A stretch of 64,000 nucleotides of DNA from Octopus bimaculoides (GCF_001194135.2 NC_068996.1:20147863-20211862), one strand, 5' to 3'. Counted from the stretch's first letter, positions 23,858-37,620 are shown. A program made the numbers and translations. Notes: a model not told the origin generated them from the sequence alone.

Positions 23858-24894
23858 CGCACGCTGTGTTATGGTTCACTGTTGTCTGTGCCGCTGTTGT
23901 CTATGTTGATTTCACCCGCGTGTTTCTGTGTGTTAGTATTTTAATATATTTTTCATTTCAAATATTTTTGGGACTCATTGACTCAGATAGCAGGATTTAT
24001 GATTTCACTTGGTTAATTCTGTTCATAAAAATTTTAATTTTGGAGTATTTCTTTAACCGTTAGCTTCACATTTCAACAGCTTGACTGAAATTTAGCGCAC
24101 ATAACAGGAACTGAGAGGGATATCGTGGAACAGAGAAACTGTGGGTGATACAAATAATTTGCCATTATTTTTGAATTATGCATGCTAAAACGTATCAGAT
24201 GCAGGTATTCTTTTCCTTGGGACAAATTCTTTGTTGACCAGTGTTATTCTTATCGTAGTTTACAAATCCGGGCATGAAAACGTTACTCAACTTTGGGGTT
24301 TTGGAGGCAGACGCTCCCTTTTCACACACACACATTTATATATAAATGATGTGCATAAATGCATGGCAGGTATACATAATATTGAAGTACGCATAAAGTA
24401 AACACATGCAGACAAATATATAAACAAAACAAATTTTACAAAATGATAAAAGCATACAATCAGCGAAGAGACAAAAGAAACAGTAAGATGATACATATTG
24501 ATTTTATTAGGTATTTCTGTTTATTTAGAAACATACAATGAACAGGTCAGACGCTAAACTATAAATTTCACAGTGTACAACCTTAAAGTTGACGCCGCTC
24601 CGCTAAACGCAGAAAATTTCTGTCTCGCTATTGGCTAAAAATATAGTTTTATTTTTTCGATTTTTACGCCTCTGTAACTTTTTTCTCCAATATTTTTCTC
24701 CCCATCATCACACCTTCAAAGCAATGTGACTGAAAGGCTACATTATTATAACCGATTTTCAGATTTTTAACTTCATTTTTTAAAAAATGCATATTTTGCG
24801 AATGAAAAAATATTGACCCGCTGTTTCTTGCATATCTAAAGCAAAATTTTTTCATGAATGCTTAGAATTCTACTTGTGAATCTCCAATTTACTA

Positions 24895-24973
24895 TGTTGT
24901 TTTTGTGGACCACCAAAACTCTTATGTGGACCCCTGGGGCCATAGGGATCCCTGTTGTGAACCACTGCCCTAT
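24895..24973. mobile_element. hAT (Charlie-like) MITE terminus
   Basis: gtggacccctggggcccatagggatccctgttgtgaaccactgcccta resembles hAT-type ends with a CAGTGGTT-type terminus; the partner end was not found. Confidence 0.5.
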
Positions 24974-25714
24974 ATCTACTCTCATTAGATTTGCCTATAC
25001 TGCAATATAAAGGTGAAACGAGACCAAGAGACATCGTTGTCTCATACCTCTGTGGATAACACCTTTGTGTACCTTTGGTACAATTATCGAGGTACAAATG
25101 TTTAGGTTTGGCTGTTTATTGTACCTTATATGCTTAGCTTCCAACTGTGTCTTCGGTTCTAAACACGAAGCTCATTATGACACAAGTCTTACCACAATGG
25201 ATGTTTTCATCTTTAAAAGTAGGCAACAAAGTGTCTAGGCTTAACAATATTTACAACTGGTATCATGTATACCAGTTCTGTAAGAGTTGCATAACTGTGA
25301 TAGATGCCGTGTCACCAATGAGCTACACCGGCTGTAGGAATGGTCGGTGGCTCTTTGCAATGTAAACTGACGGTTTGTATGATAGCCGCTGGTATCATTG
25401 TGTGAATTATCCGCTTTGGAAAGACTTCTATGCCGACTTCAGCCTTTAGACTTGTCTATTGTTATAGTAGCAAAACAATTGAGGATTGATAACTTCTGGG
25501 CGGAATCTCATGCCGGCATCTCACGACGAATATTATTCAGGAAAGATTGATGACATTAATATTGTTGTTCTAACTGTTCAAAAATTGTTATTGTTGTTGT
25601 CGATATTGCTGTTCAAATTAATGTTATGGCTTTCCTTTATTCCCATTTCTGACGTTGTTGACTATGTTTTTGTTGAAATAGTTTTCGTTTCAATTATCTA
25701 ATCCTTATCTTTTT

Positions 25715-26160
25715 ATCTTTTCATTTATTTCAGTCAATGGATTGCGGCCATGCTGGAGCAACGACTTGAAGAATATTTAGTCGAATGAATCGATTCCAGC
25801 TCGTATGTTTTTCTTCAGTTTTTTTAAAAAGCCTGGTATTAATTTTATCGGTGTCTTTTACCGAACCGCAAGATTACGGGGACGTAAACACACCAACACC
25901 TGTTACAGGACAGAGACACAGTTGGCAAGCGGTGGTGAGGGATACAGACTGGAAGATACGCACACACACACACATATGTATATGTATTTATATATACGAC
26001 GGTCTTCTTTCAGTTTCCGCTCCAACAAATCAACACAAAATCTATGGTAATCCCGAGTCTATAGTAGAAAACATTTGCCCAAGGTACCACACAGTGGGAC
26101 TGAAACCGGAAATATGAGGCTGGGAAGCAAACTTCTTAACACAGAACTACGCCATATACA
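25715..26160 (-). mobile_element. SINE family A, diverged full-length copy
   Basis: Contains gcggccatgctggagca, ccgaaccgcaag and ttgcccaaggtaccac. Confidence 0.85.
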
Positions 26161-26207
<47 letters not shown>

Positions 26208-27039
26208 NNNNNNNNNNNNNNNNNNNNNNNNNNNNNNNNNNNNNNNNNNNNNNNNNNNNNNNNNNNNNNNNNNNNNNNNNNNNNNNNNNNNNNNNNNNNN
26301 NNNNNNNNNNNNNNNNNNNNNNNNNNNNNNNNNNNNNNNNNNNNNNNNNNNNNNNNNNNNNNNNNNNNNNNNNNNNNNNNNNNNNNNNNNNNNNNNNNNN
26401 NNNNNNNNNNNNNNNNNNNNNNNNNNNNNNNNNNNNNNNNNNNNNNNNNNNNNNNNNNNNNNNNNNNNNNNNNNNNNNNNNNNNNNNNNNNNNNNNNNNN
26501 NNNNNNNNNNNNNNNNNNNNNNNNNNNNNNNNNNNNNNNNNNNNNNNNNNNNNNNNTCTTCTCTCACTCACTCGCTCAATCCCTAACTCATTCTTTCTAT
26601 CTCCCTCCCTCCCTCCCTCCCTCTCTCTCCCTCCTCTCTCTTTCTGTCCTAATTAAGTAAACCGAATATATTAATCTAATCTAATATTTAGACATTTTAA
26701 GCTAACAGGTTATGAAATAGCGGAAAGCATATTTCGGTTGGTATAGTCTGATAGGTGTGTCTATATCATTCAATAGAATTCTTATTCAAAAGCTTTTCCA
26801 TTTAAAGTCCAATACACAGACAAATATACTCTCACACACGCACACATATGTATGTAAGTATGTGTGTGTGTATACATATGTAGGTATGTATTGGTATGTT
26901 TGTCTGTGTGTATGTATATAGGGTAGGCAAATATACATACCCACACATATACTCATATACTCATATACAGAAATATAGCTAGATATATAAATATGTATAT
27001 ATGTATGTATACATATACATGTGTGTGTATGCGTGTGTA

Positions 27040-27199
27040 TAGGCGGCTGTGTAGTAAGAAACTTGCTTCCCAACCATACCGTTCCGAGTTCAGTCCTACT
27101 ACATGACACCTTGGGCAGGTGCTTTCTATTTATAGCCTCAGTCCGACCAAACGCGTGTGAGTGGATTTGGTTGAGAGAAACTGACAGGAGCCCGTGGTT

Positions 27200-27258
<59 letters not shown>

Positions 27259-27290
27259 ATTATTGTTGGTGTTTACGTCCCCCGATTATC
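27040..27290 (+). mobile_element. SINE family A, 5' part
   Basis: ggcggctgtgtagtaag...ccgagttcagtcc...caccttgggcagg. Confidence 0.8.
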
Positions 27291-27799
27291 TCTTAGATGT
27301 TTCTTGTCACCTTTCTTATGAAGCGTGATGGTATTCGAATTTTTCCTTAGACAGCGATTGTAATCGATGGTATTGGAATCTTTGATGGCATTCGAATCTT
27401 GATGGTATTGGAATCTTTTCAGATAGCGATTGAAACGTAAATGATGATTTCCGACTACTCTTCACCTCTGCACCTTAACATATCTCTTGTTATGCTACCT
27501 TTACTTGGAGCTTTGTTTGCTTTCACCAATTTCAGACCAGAATTGATGGCACTTCTTTCAACATTTTCGACGGTAACGAATTAAGGTTAACTGATGATCA
27601 CAAAAGTTGATGTATTGGATTTTACATACCTCTGTCATCTCCCCTTTCTCTGTTTGAAGACGTAGCAGAAGGCCGAATATAGATCGAAATTGAGGAAAGT
27701 TGAACACGATTATATGTCAGATTCTTCAAGAGTACCATCCGACTTGCAATCTTATACACAAGGGAAAAATGGGCTACCACGAAGAGGTAAGATCATTGA

Positions 27800-28010
27800 T
27801 TAGTTGCGATAGAAACAACCATTGAGAGATTCACGCTAGGAATATCATTCTGAAAGTATGTTCGAAGTGAGATAATTTGAGAATATGATATTGAGCGATG
27901 CGATCGTAGAGTGTTAAAAGCAAAAGTTTCATAGGGCCGGATATGTCACAAGATTCACAGACAACAGGTGAACCCCTACAGTTATCGAATGGTATCCAAG
28001 AGATCGCAAA
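27800..28010 (+). mobile_element. RTE-1-like LINE C-terminal remnant
   Basis: AGYVTRFTDNR-stop-TPTVIEWYPRDRK matches the RTE motif WAGHVxRxxDNRWTxxVxEWYPR. Confidence 0.7.
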
Positions 28011-28333
28011 AGCCTCCACAATGATAGAAATGTCGTTCAGTTAAGCAATCTAAGCCAAGATTGAAAAGAATATCTAGTGATATAGCGATACATATGTGAC
28101 ACGATATTCCTCTATGCGTATGCGTTGGGGAGAAATGTTGGGTCCCTTCGCAACAACGAAATATGTGTTTTGTATGTGTGCATATGCGTGTGTGCACGTA
28201 AGCACATGTATAGATTATACGTATATCGGAAATTCAGTACGTATAAAATTATATTTTGTTGTTATACACACGACTTCCTTTTTGTCTTTCTATTTGTCTC
28301 TCTATCCCTCTTAATATCGCAAGCACAGACACA

Positions 28334-28418
<85 letters not shown>

Positions 28419-28559
28419 ACACAGAGTCATACGAATACTCACATATAAACACATATATACTCTCATATATGCGCTCTCGTAAACAATAGTAATATATAAT
28501 CACGTTATACTATTCTATGCTACAACATAAATAAATATTATATACATAGGCTGATGCAA

Positions 28560-28829
28560 CATGTCTTTCAAAATGGTGCTCCAGCATGGCTGCAGTCAAA
28601 TGACTGAAACAAGTAAAAGTAAAAGAACAGGCGCAAGCGTGGAGAAAAGTTTGCTTCCCAACCACATGGTTCCGAGTTCAGTCTCACTGTGTGGCACCTC
28701 GGACATCATCTACTATAGCTTCGGGTTGACTAAAGCATTGTGGGTGGGTTTCGTTGACGGAAACTGAAAGAACCACGTCGTGTNNNNNNNNNNGTGCGTG
28801 CGTGCGTGCGTGCGTGCGTCCGTGCGTGC

Positions 28830-28878
<49 letters not shown>

Positions 28879-29180
28879 CGTGTGTGTGCATGCGTACGTG
28901 TGTGTGTGAATGCGTGCACGTGTGTATATGTATATACGTGTGTAGATATGCATGTATGTGTGTGTATCTTTGTATGTGTTGTATCCCACCATTGCGTGAG
29001 AAGCTGTGTTGGCGTGTTTACGTTCCCGTAACGTAGCGGTTCGACAACAGAGTCTGATAGAATAAGTACCAGGCTTAAAGAAAAACAGAAAATAAGATCT
29101 GGGTTCGATTCACTCGGCTAAAAAATTTTCAAGGCGGTGCACCAGCATGGCCGCAGTATAACGATTGAAATAAATAAACG
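28560..29180 (+). mobile_element. Tandem SINE family A pieces (3' tip, then 5' half, microsatellite, 3' half)
   Basis: ggtgctccagcatggctgcagtcaaatgactgaaac, then aggcgcaagcgtgg...ccgagttcagtc, then gaataagtaccaggc. Confidence 0.82.
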
Positions 29181-29242
29181 ATACAATATATAACAATTTG
29201 ATACATGGAATTTTAATGTATCATCGAATTCTCACTTCATTT

Positions 29243-29643
29243 CAAATTTTGGCACGAAGCCTGCAATTTCGGGGAAGAGGTAAGTCGATCATATGGACCA
29301 CAGTACTCGACCGATACTTATTTTATCCCCCGAAAAGCATAAAGACACAGTCGACACTGGCGGAATTTGAACTTAAAACGTAAAAGCATTTTGCCCAGCG
29401 TGCTAACAATTCTGACAGCTCTTCGCTTTAGGTGTCATTACTATTGGTTTCAAATTTTGACAAAAGGCCAAGAATTTGGGAGAAGGGATTAAGTCGGTTA
29501 CATCGACCCCAGTGCTCAACTGGTACTTATTTTATCGACCCCGTAACGCTGAAAGGCAAAGTCAAACTCGACAGAATTTGAACTCAAAACGTAAAGACGG
29601 GTGAAACGTCGCGTTCTAACGTGTCTGCCATCTCACCGCCTTT
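29243..29643 (-). mobile_element. Two tandem copies of tRNA-derived SINE family C
   Basis: Two units (29243-29430, 29450-29643), each with aaattttg..., aagtcg...cgacc and gaatttgaact (minus-strand B box GAGTTCAAATTC). Confidence 0.82.
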
Positions 29644-29952
29644 CAGGCAGCAATATAATACTAAACATTATTCTTTCTGTCACTTTTATAACGTTTGCGT
29701 CTGTGTGAGTGCTTTCATGTGTACAAATATGTGTACATATATGCGTGTTTGTATTTGTTTTTGAGTCCATTTCTAACAATTTCACTCACTGATTAGAAAA
29801 CTGGTCAATGAAACTCGCCAAGTTATTAGAGAACCTACAGTCAATGCTAATGTATTAGAAGATATAGATCTTCAGACTTATCTTAATGGTGACTGTGTAG
29901 AACAGGCACCGTAAGGGAATTAAAACGGAAAGATCCGTCGAAAACATAATAA

Positions 29953-30090
29953 AGCGCAGGCATGGCTGTGTGGAAAGAAGCTTGATTACCAACCACATGA
30001 TTCCGGGTTCAGTTCCACTGTGTGGTACCTTGGGTAAATGTCTTATACTATAGCCTCGGGTCAACCAAAGACTTATGAGAGGATTCGGAA
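29953..30090 (+). mobile_element. SINE family A, 5' part
   Basis: gcgcaggcatggctgtgtgg...ccgggttcagttcc...gtaccttgggtaaatg. Confidence 0.82.
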
Positions 30091-30917
30091 GTAATAGTAG
30101 TAGTAGTAATAGTAGTAGTAGTAGTAGTAGTGCGGAGGTACTTTTTAGCGTAGGTCAAAAGAATAGACCTATGATTAGTAGTTTTGCAGCAGTGGCCACT
30201 GTCTTGCTAAAACGACGTGATATCATGCTAACATGTTTATGTTAGAAGTGTATGATTTGACTGCAGTTTCTAGTAAGTCAATGGTCCACCTGGAGACTCA
30301 TTCATTAGTCTACTGCAATCTTAGTTGATGTAAAAAGCGGAAAGGCTTTCTGTGATGATTGCATTATCATGAAATGTCTATACACATTTGACATGTTGGC
30401 ATATTTATTAAACAATAACTCACAATTAATACGCAACCACACACACAAACACGCGCAAACACACAGAAACACATACAGACACTCGTAAACACACTTACAT
30501 ATCCGACAGGACATTTATGAATAATAACATTAAATGTAAACACTCTTAATTCATATAAAATAAACAGAACAATTCTAAAAGACGGTAAAAAACAATTCTT
30601 TGTAGTCGTCAATCAGGGTATTTTTGTTTCGTTTTACTTTAGTTTTGTTATTTCTTTATATCTTTCATAGAATATTCTCTCTTTTTTAGAAGTTAACCGG
30701 AAATTTCTTTTTGTTCTTTATCCCAAAACGACTGGTGACTCAAAACGGTACAATACAAACGACAAGCCTAACATACAAGACGCACCTAGTACCTTATTTT
30801 AACATAATTTCATTTCTACACACTCGTATTCTTATCTCTCTTTCAATTGGCCATTTATGTTTAGTCTAAACTTTTTATGACAATTTATTTATTTATTCAG
30901 CTATTTATTTATTATTA

Positions 30918-30953
<36 letters not shown>

Positions 30954-31092
30954 TTTTTGTTGTTATGTAGCTTTCATATTATATTACATTTAACATCGGG
31001 TGTACATTTTTAATCTCTGTCTTCTCTCAACGTGTTTTTTCCGTCTTTCTATTTCTCTCTTTAAACCTTATCTTTGTACAAGCGCTTTTGGG

Positions 31093-31160
<68 letters not shown>

Positions 31161-31644
31161 ACAAACACACACATACACACACATACACACACATACACAC
31201 ACATACACACACACACACATACATATTTTAGGTTTCCGTCACTCGGCTCTACACCTGTTCCTGTGTGCACAAGGTTGGGCAAGCTTCGATGTGGAAGACT
31301 TGCAGTTGGTCAAGAAAACTCACACACACACATACACTCACACATGCGCACAGATATATCTTAGAAAGTTTCCGTCAGTAATTATTGTCCCTACACTTGT
31401 ACCAGTGTGCGAGGTTGGGCAACCTTTGTTGTATAAAACATACTTGTCAAGCAAACGCGTGCACATGTACTCACGCACACACTCACTCACACACACACAT
31501 GCACATACACATATATGTATGATGACTCTGCCAAGTTCTAAACGTTCATTGAAGGTGCAACATATTTTTACAGCTGCCTTCATATCTAAAACAAACAAAC
31601 AAACAAACAAACAAAACAGAAAATCTTTTCCTTAATCTTATATC

Positions 31645-31830
31645 TTTTATCTTTTAATTAATTGTTTCAGTCATCTGATTGCAGACATGCTGAGACACCA
31701 CCTTGAAGGGTTTTAGTCGAACGATCGCAGGACTTTTTTTTTTAAGCATAGTACTTATTCCTTCGGTCTCTAATGCCGAACCGCTAGGTAACGGGAATGT
31801 GTAAACGCTAACAAGGATTAAAACGGGTAG
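31645..31830 (-). mobile_element. SINE family A, 3' part
   Basis: gtttcagtcatctgattgcagacatgctg...gccgaaccgctag. Confidence 0.78.
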
Positions 31831-31860
31831 TGAGCAGATACGGGGAGAATGGAGCACATA

Positions 31861-32266
31861 AACAAATAAACTGCTTGGGTTAGATATACAAAATATACAT
31901 ACATGTATACATGTAAACACTGAGAGACATAGACTGAAAATTTTCAGGCAATGAATATTCAACTATAAATATATAAATATTTATATATTAACAAAGCAAA
32001 CTTAGAGTACAAAGACACAGAAAATTAAAAGGGAGAAAGTATAGTGTTACAAGTCGAACAGCTAATAACATAACTTGTAACACCATACCTTCTCCCTTTG
32101 ATTTTCTGTGTCTTATACTCTGTGTGCGTTTCTTCTGTTAATATATAGCTATCTATTTATACTTGAATATTCATTGCCTGAAAATTTTCAGTCTTTGTTT
32201 TCTCTCTATTTACATGTGTACATGTATATATATTTTGTATATCTAACTCATGCAGTTTTATTCGTT
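31861..32266. repeat. Fold-back inverted repeat, arms about 195 bp, 18-nt spacer
   Basis: 31861-32054 is the reverse complement of 32073-32266, with scattered mismatches. Confidence 0.9.
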
Positions 32267-32279
32267 GATTTGCATCAAT

Positions 32280-32360
<81 letters not shown>

Positions 32361-32679
32361 TATATTTATATAGTATACTGTTCGTGAAGGTAAGATAAAC
32401 AAAAATAAAGTACTCCATCTGGTGAAACGTAAATATTATTTAATAATCACAGTATATATGTTTATGAGCTACTAATAGTTCAATGCGATGAAAACAATTC
32501 TGACACCATTTTATAACATACACATACGCACACACACATATACGCACACGCGCGCACGCACACAGATTATGTATGTATGTATGTATGTATGTATATATGT
32601 ATGCATGTATGTATGTATGTATACACGTATATATGCATGTATGTGTGCATGTATGCATGTATGTATGTATGTATATTTA

Positions 32680-35600
32680 AATGATAAACTTCTGGAAAGT
32701 TTTACAGATTTTTACAGTTCCAGTGATGGACTGGATTTGTAGTCTTCGAATTAGCTTTCTCCTTTCTGGTTTTGAGAAGCCTAATATATCAAGGTATTCT
32801 AGCAGTATGTTACATATCTCAGGGCCCCAATAATTACAGGTATAAACCTGAACTTGTAATCTGTAGATTTCTCAATAGTTCAGCATAGGTGTTTTTTTTT
32901 TCACTGATCTTCATAACTTTGCATAAAGTTTTCATCCGCTTGGCACAGTTTCTCTTCTCTATCCCAAATCATTACATCAGGTCTGTTGCGCTGACACTTT
33001 ATTGAGGTCTTCACTGGTACATTCCACCAGTATTCCTTTTCATTATGAATGGATATGGATTCTACCATGTTGTGGGTTTTTATTTCTTTGTCTTCGGAAT
33101 TATCCTTCCAGTGGATTTCCTTATAGATTGTCCTAGCTACAACGTCATGTCTCATCGGTAGATAATACCATGATGACATTTTCAGACAACTGCTTATGGT
33201 GTGGGTGATATCTTCAGTGTGAACTCCACAAACTCTGCATAGGCTATCACACTTTACGGCTTTACCTGCATCTCTATATCCCTTTTGTGCATCAGGTACT
33301 TGGTTGATATTTCCTGTTCCTGGATTGCAAACGCATACCCTTCAGAGTGGGAGGTAGTAATCTGGCTACTGGTCCATGATGAACTGCTTTGATAATCGAT
33401 GCTACTATCATCACCGAGCATTCTACTAACACATCCATTCAGAGTCTTCTGCTCATATAGGCTCATCCTATATATGATGATATGTTGCGGTAGAGTTGTG
33501 CGACTTCTTTGGGCGTATGTTCTAGGTTATCAGACAAAGAGTGTTGCTCAAGAAGCTGCCTTCCAAGTTTTATGACGTTATCAGCCTTGTGTATGCAAAC
33601 TTGGTCAAGGGATGCACTTCGACGCTTGGTGGTTAAAAGATGTTGCCGAAGGGATATGATGCGACATTTAAAGGCATTTTGGATTGATGTTAAGCCTCTG
33701 CCGCCTTGTTTACATTTAGGTAGAAATTATGTGTGCTTGTTAGTATTTTTCAAGTTTTCACATCAATGGCTCGGATCTCATCAAGCGTCCAATCAAGTAG
33801 CCCAAATGATGATATGAGTACTAGCAATGCAAACGCATTGTTGGCCACAGTTTTATTGAATGCAGAGAGTTTAGAGGTTCAAATTTTCTTTATTCGGCTG
33901 TAATAGTCTTTAGAGACACGTGTTTTGTTAAAGGTGCCACTGTAAGATATATTTTCATCCACCTCTACATATTTGTAACATTCCTCGTCAGATACAGGGG
34001 AAACAGTCAAATCATTGACGGAGATGCTACTAGTCTGGTTTATAGTTCTCCCCCTTTTCACAACCATATAACAACATTTATCCTGACCAAACTCCAACCC
34101 CACATCCTTTGAGAATGTTGTAACTAAGTCAAGGCTCTTTTTCATCTCATGCATATTCTTTGCATAAAGTTTTAAGTCATCCACAAAGAAGCAGTGTGCA
34201 ATTTTGGTATTTCTGTTTCCTTCTGAACCAGTGAGGTACCCTTCAGACTTCTTTAACATGAATGACAAGGGGTTTTCAGAAATTATAAACAACATCACTG
34301 TCTCCTTAGAATATGCTTTTTGCGATATGGTATTCTATCAGTGATAATACAGTTACTCTTTGTGTTTAATTTCAAGATGGTGGCCCACGATGAAGTCAGG
34401 TCAGCTATGGCTTTGACTGTTCTCACTGGAACTTTAGCAAGTTGAAGGGCTTCTAGCATCCATGAGTGGGGAACAGAGTCAAAGGCTTTCTTGTAATTTA
34501 ACCACATTGAAACTAGGTTCCCCCTATGTTCTCGCAGCTCTGACATCACAGTTTTGTTGATTAACAATTGCTCGGCACATCCCCAGATTCCCTTCTTCCC
34601 AGCTGCTTGTTCTGCTGTGATAATGTTATTGGTTTCACAATGATTATGGAGGAAGAAGTTTAAACATGCTGCATATATCTTATACATTAAGTTCTGGCAT
34701 GCAATCGGCCGGTAGTTTTTTGCCCTGTCGTGTCAATTTTATCTCTGCCGGTGCTAGCCAGTGTGGTATGCTACTGTTCCCGGTGAAAGCTTGCTGGTAC
34801 AGATTCATAAGGTATGGTCGATAGAATGTTAGCTTCTTGTACCAATATCTAACTATCAAGTTTCTTCCAGGTGTTTTTCCATCCTGGAGTTTCTGGATTG
34901 CTGTCGCAAGAGTTTCACCGTCAATGTTGTATGTTTTGGATGTAACGCAGTAGCAATAACTTTTTTCGATTTCTTCCAGCCACAGAGCTTCTTGGTTAAA
35001 TTCTTTCTCTTCACTCCAGATTTTCCTCCAGAATGAGTTTGTGTCTTCTCGTTAAGGAGCTTCTGTAATATTTAATGCTCCTCTTCTCACGTCTCTGTAT
35101 ACTGCTGCCTAGTTGCGGTTAAATTTTTTGTTTATTGTTCTCTCGGTTATTCTCTTCTGATGTCGGAGTTTTTCGCTGACAGCTTTTAGCTCCTGCTTGA
35201 GGCTAATCAGTTTGCAAGTGAGTGTCTTCTGTTTTTCTGTCTCCAAACATCATTTCTATCTCCTTCTTTACTTTCTGTTGGTGGGACATATAGTGATTTG
35301 CTTGTTAGTATCCATAAGGCATCATTACATGACTGATGGTCTTCCGTAAACCAGTTATCTTTTTCTCTGTCTTCAAAGCCCATGATGGTACTTTCTTAAT
35401 TATTTCGGTTTTGTTTACATTTTGAATAGCATTCATGTACTGTTTTACAGTAGTAGCCAGCGCATACAGGCAGGCGTTAATCTGCCAGTATGTGGGTTCC
35501 TCACACAACTGTAAATACTCATCACTAATTTCGTTAACAGCTTTTAATACCATATCTGGTGGGGGTTTTTTTTACTTACTTTGGTAGAGAATACTCTCTC

Positions 35601-35930
35601 CTCGAGAGAGTCCTTCAAAGCCAAAGTAATTTTTTCTCGGAAAATTTCACTTGTTGGCATAGTTGCCTCGCAGTAAAATGATTTAATTCTGGATGCAGAT
35701 CGTCCCAATATGATTTCAATCGCTTCATATAGCCAACAGCCGGACTTTGTTTCGCTTTTTCGTAGCAGTTAAATAGATCATTATTTAGTTCATAACTCCA
35801 AGAGAAATGAGTTTTGTGGTTATGGTTTCTTCTATAACTACAGCTAGAAAGAATTTGTTTATCTGTTGAGCTGTTGTTTACGTTCTGTTCCTCGATTGTG
35901 TTGTTGATGTTGTGTCCACCAGCCATGTTG
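32680..35930 (-). mobile_element. Near-full-length decayed R4/Dong-clade non-LTR element (N-terminus, RT, CCHC, RLE) with (TACA)n at its 3' end
   Basis: N-terminal WSYELNNDLFNCYEKAK..GYMKRLKSYWDDLHP; EQAAGKKGIWGCAEQLLINK; WLNYKKAFDSVPHSW; HCFFVDDLKLY; GLEFGQDKC; SEGYAFAIQEQEI; RHDVVARTIY; NRPDVMIWD. Multiple stops and frameshifts. Confidence 0.92.
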
Positions 35931-36795
35931 TTTGTAGTAACTCTCTGTATAGAATATTCAAGTTTCAGTCAAAAATCACTATAATCGTGAATAAAAGGCT
36001 CCCTCAGTTAATTCATCTGAAGATTAACTAGTTATTTAACAAGGCTGTTAATTGTGACTCCAAAGATAGTATTCATCGCATTTTCGATAAATAGTCTCCC
36101 ACGCCAAATACGCGACTTCTCAGCGTTGATTGTGTCTGAAGTATCTCCGTGTACTGACGAACGTTTAACAATTATTTTTAGCTTCAACACGTGTCAAAAT
36201 GCCTCAGTTTCTAACATACAGATATTTGTTTTCATATTTTGACAATGAATCAATTGTTGAGCAAGAGTTTCCCCCTACTGAGTAATTAGAAAAGAAACAT
36301 GAATGTGTTATAAGATTATTCTAAAACAGAAACATTTACTCGAATACAAAATTGTTTTTTTTAATTCGCCACAAGCAAAATTCTACAAATATTGCATACT
36401 AACTCAGTCGGCACTAAAACATAAAAAATATGTATTTCATCTGCCCTTGATTTTCAGAGCGACAGAGATTTCAACTGGGACAGATTGCTGAATAGATATC
36501 ACGCTGATTACGGGCCCACTACACAAGGGGATCGAGCGAGGAATGGAAAATATAGTAACGAACGTCGGTGGAGCGCTTCTTCAAATGTTATTGTTGCATG
36601 CAAGACTTTCACCACCGTGTGGACCTGTATAGCCACAGCAGACGCTGCACAACCACCAGCAGCTGACACAAAATTCTCTAGGCACAGATCCATGGTCTTT
36701 CGAGACCGATGGATGTCTCTCTATCTATCTGTCTATCTGTCTATCTATCTATCTATCTCTCTATCTATCCATAGCGGGTAAAAAAAAATTAGCTG

Positions 36796-36850
<55 letters not shown>

Positions 36851-37189
36851 AACTATTTGTATTTTATTTCTCACCTTTGGCAAAGAAATGCAAAGTGCTA
36901 AATCGAACTGTGGCGGAAAAGAAAGGTGATACGAATGCAACATAAATAAATAAAAATAAGTTAATGTTTTATCGCGGTGGAGAATAATTATTGTAGTTCA
37001 CCAGCACCAGCTGTTGCTCTAGCGTAAAGAACAACATTAACAGACTAGTGTTAGTTGTTACAACAGCAGAAGAGACAGCATCAGGAGTGTAATGAAAATA
37101 ACAGGGTAGTCATACAGGAGAAGTTTTGGGACATGAATCAATATATCCTGAGACAGTTAGTGTGTGTGGTTAAGTGTGGACGTGGGATG

Positions 37190-37620
37190 AAACATGATTA
37201 AAAGTCAGAGAGAATTTTTTTTCTATTAGAACATTTAAATACAAAGAAACGGGAAAGAAGAGAAATAAAGAATGAAAAGAAAGAAAAAGAAAAATGGTGT
37301 TGGGGTTTAAAGTAGCGGAATATGAAGGGTAGGTTGCAATGGGCCACAGATGCCAGAATATGTGGGCTGCTCAACCGCACCCTGCAATAATGGCTGCCAT
37401 GGCGTTGCCGCGGAGAATGGCCAGGGACACGTCGCAGCAGGGGCACGGCCGAGTACTCCACTTGTTCTAGGATATCACCCGCTACTCTCCATCTTCCACA
37501 GCTTTACTCTCCACCCTTTTTCGTTTCTTTCATTTCCCTTCTCATCTCTCTATTCCCTGATTCTTTCTATTTAAATGTTCTAATAAAATAAAATTCTGAT
37601 TCCCTTTTCATCATTTCCTA
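37190..37620. mobile_element. Fold-back of two diverged LINE-like (probably Tx1) 3' ends, tails pointing outward
   Basis: Both arms are homologous to 54060-54300 and end in tatttaaatgttctaata followed by an A-rich tail. The strand switch is near 37435-37445. Confidence 0.7.

Noticed and set aside
24540-24870. Possible DNA-transposon internal/terminal sequence
   Set aside because: No TIR pair, TSD or coding motif could be identified by eye.
27330-27425. Short repeats of gatggtattggaatc-like units
   Set aside because: Irregular spacing and no spacer structure; a degenerate minisatellite, not a CRISPR array.
36459-36720. GC-richer segment after a ttttcag acceptor-like site with an open frame
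   Set aside because: No recognisable protein, no strong donor, and it runs into microsatellite. The minus strand has faint LINE C-terminal resemblance (ALHRRS), so neither exon nor LINE can be supported.
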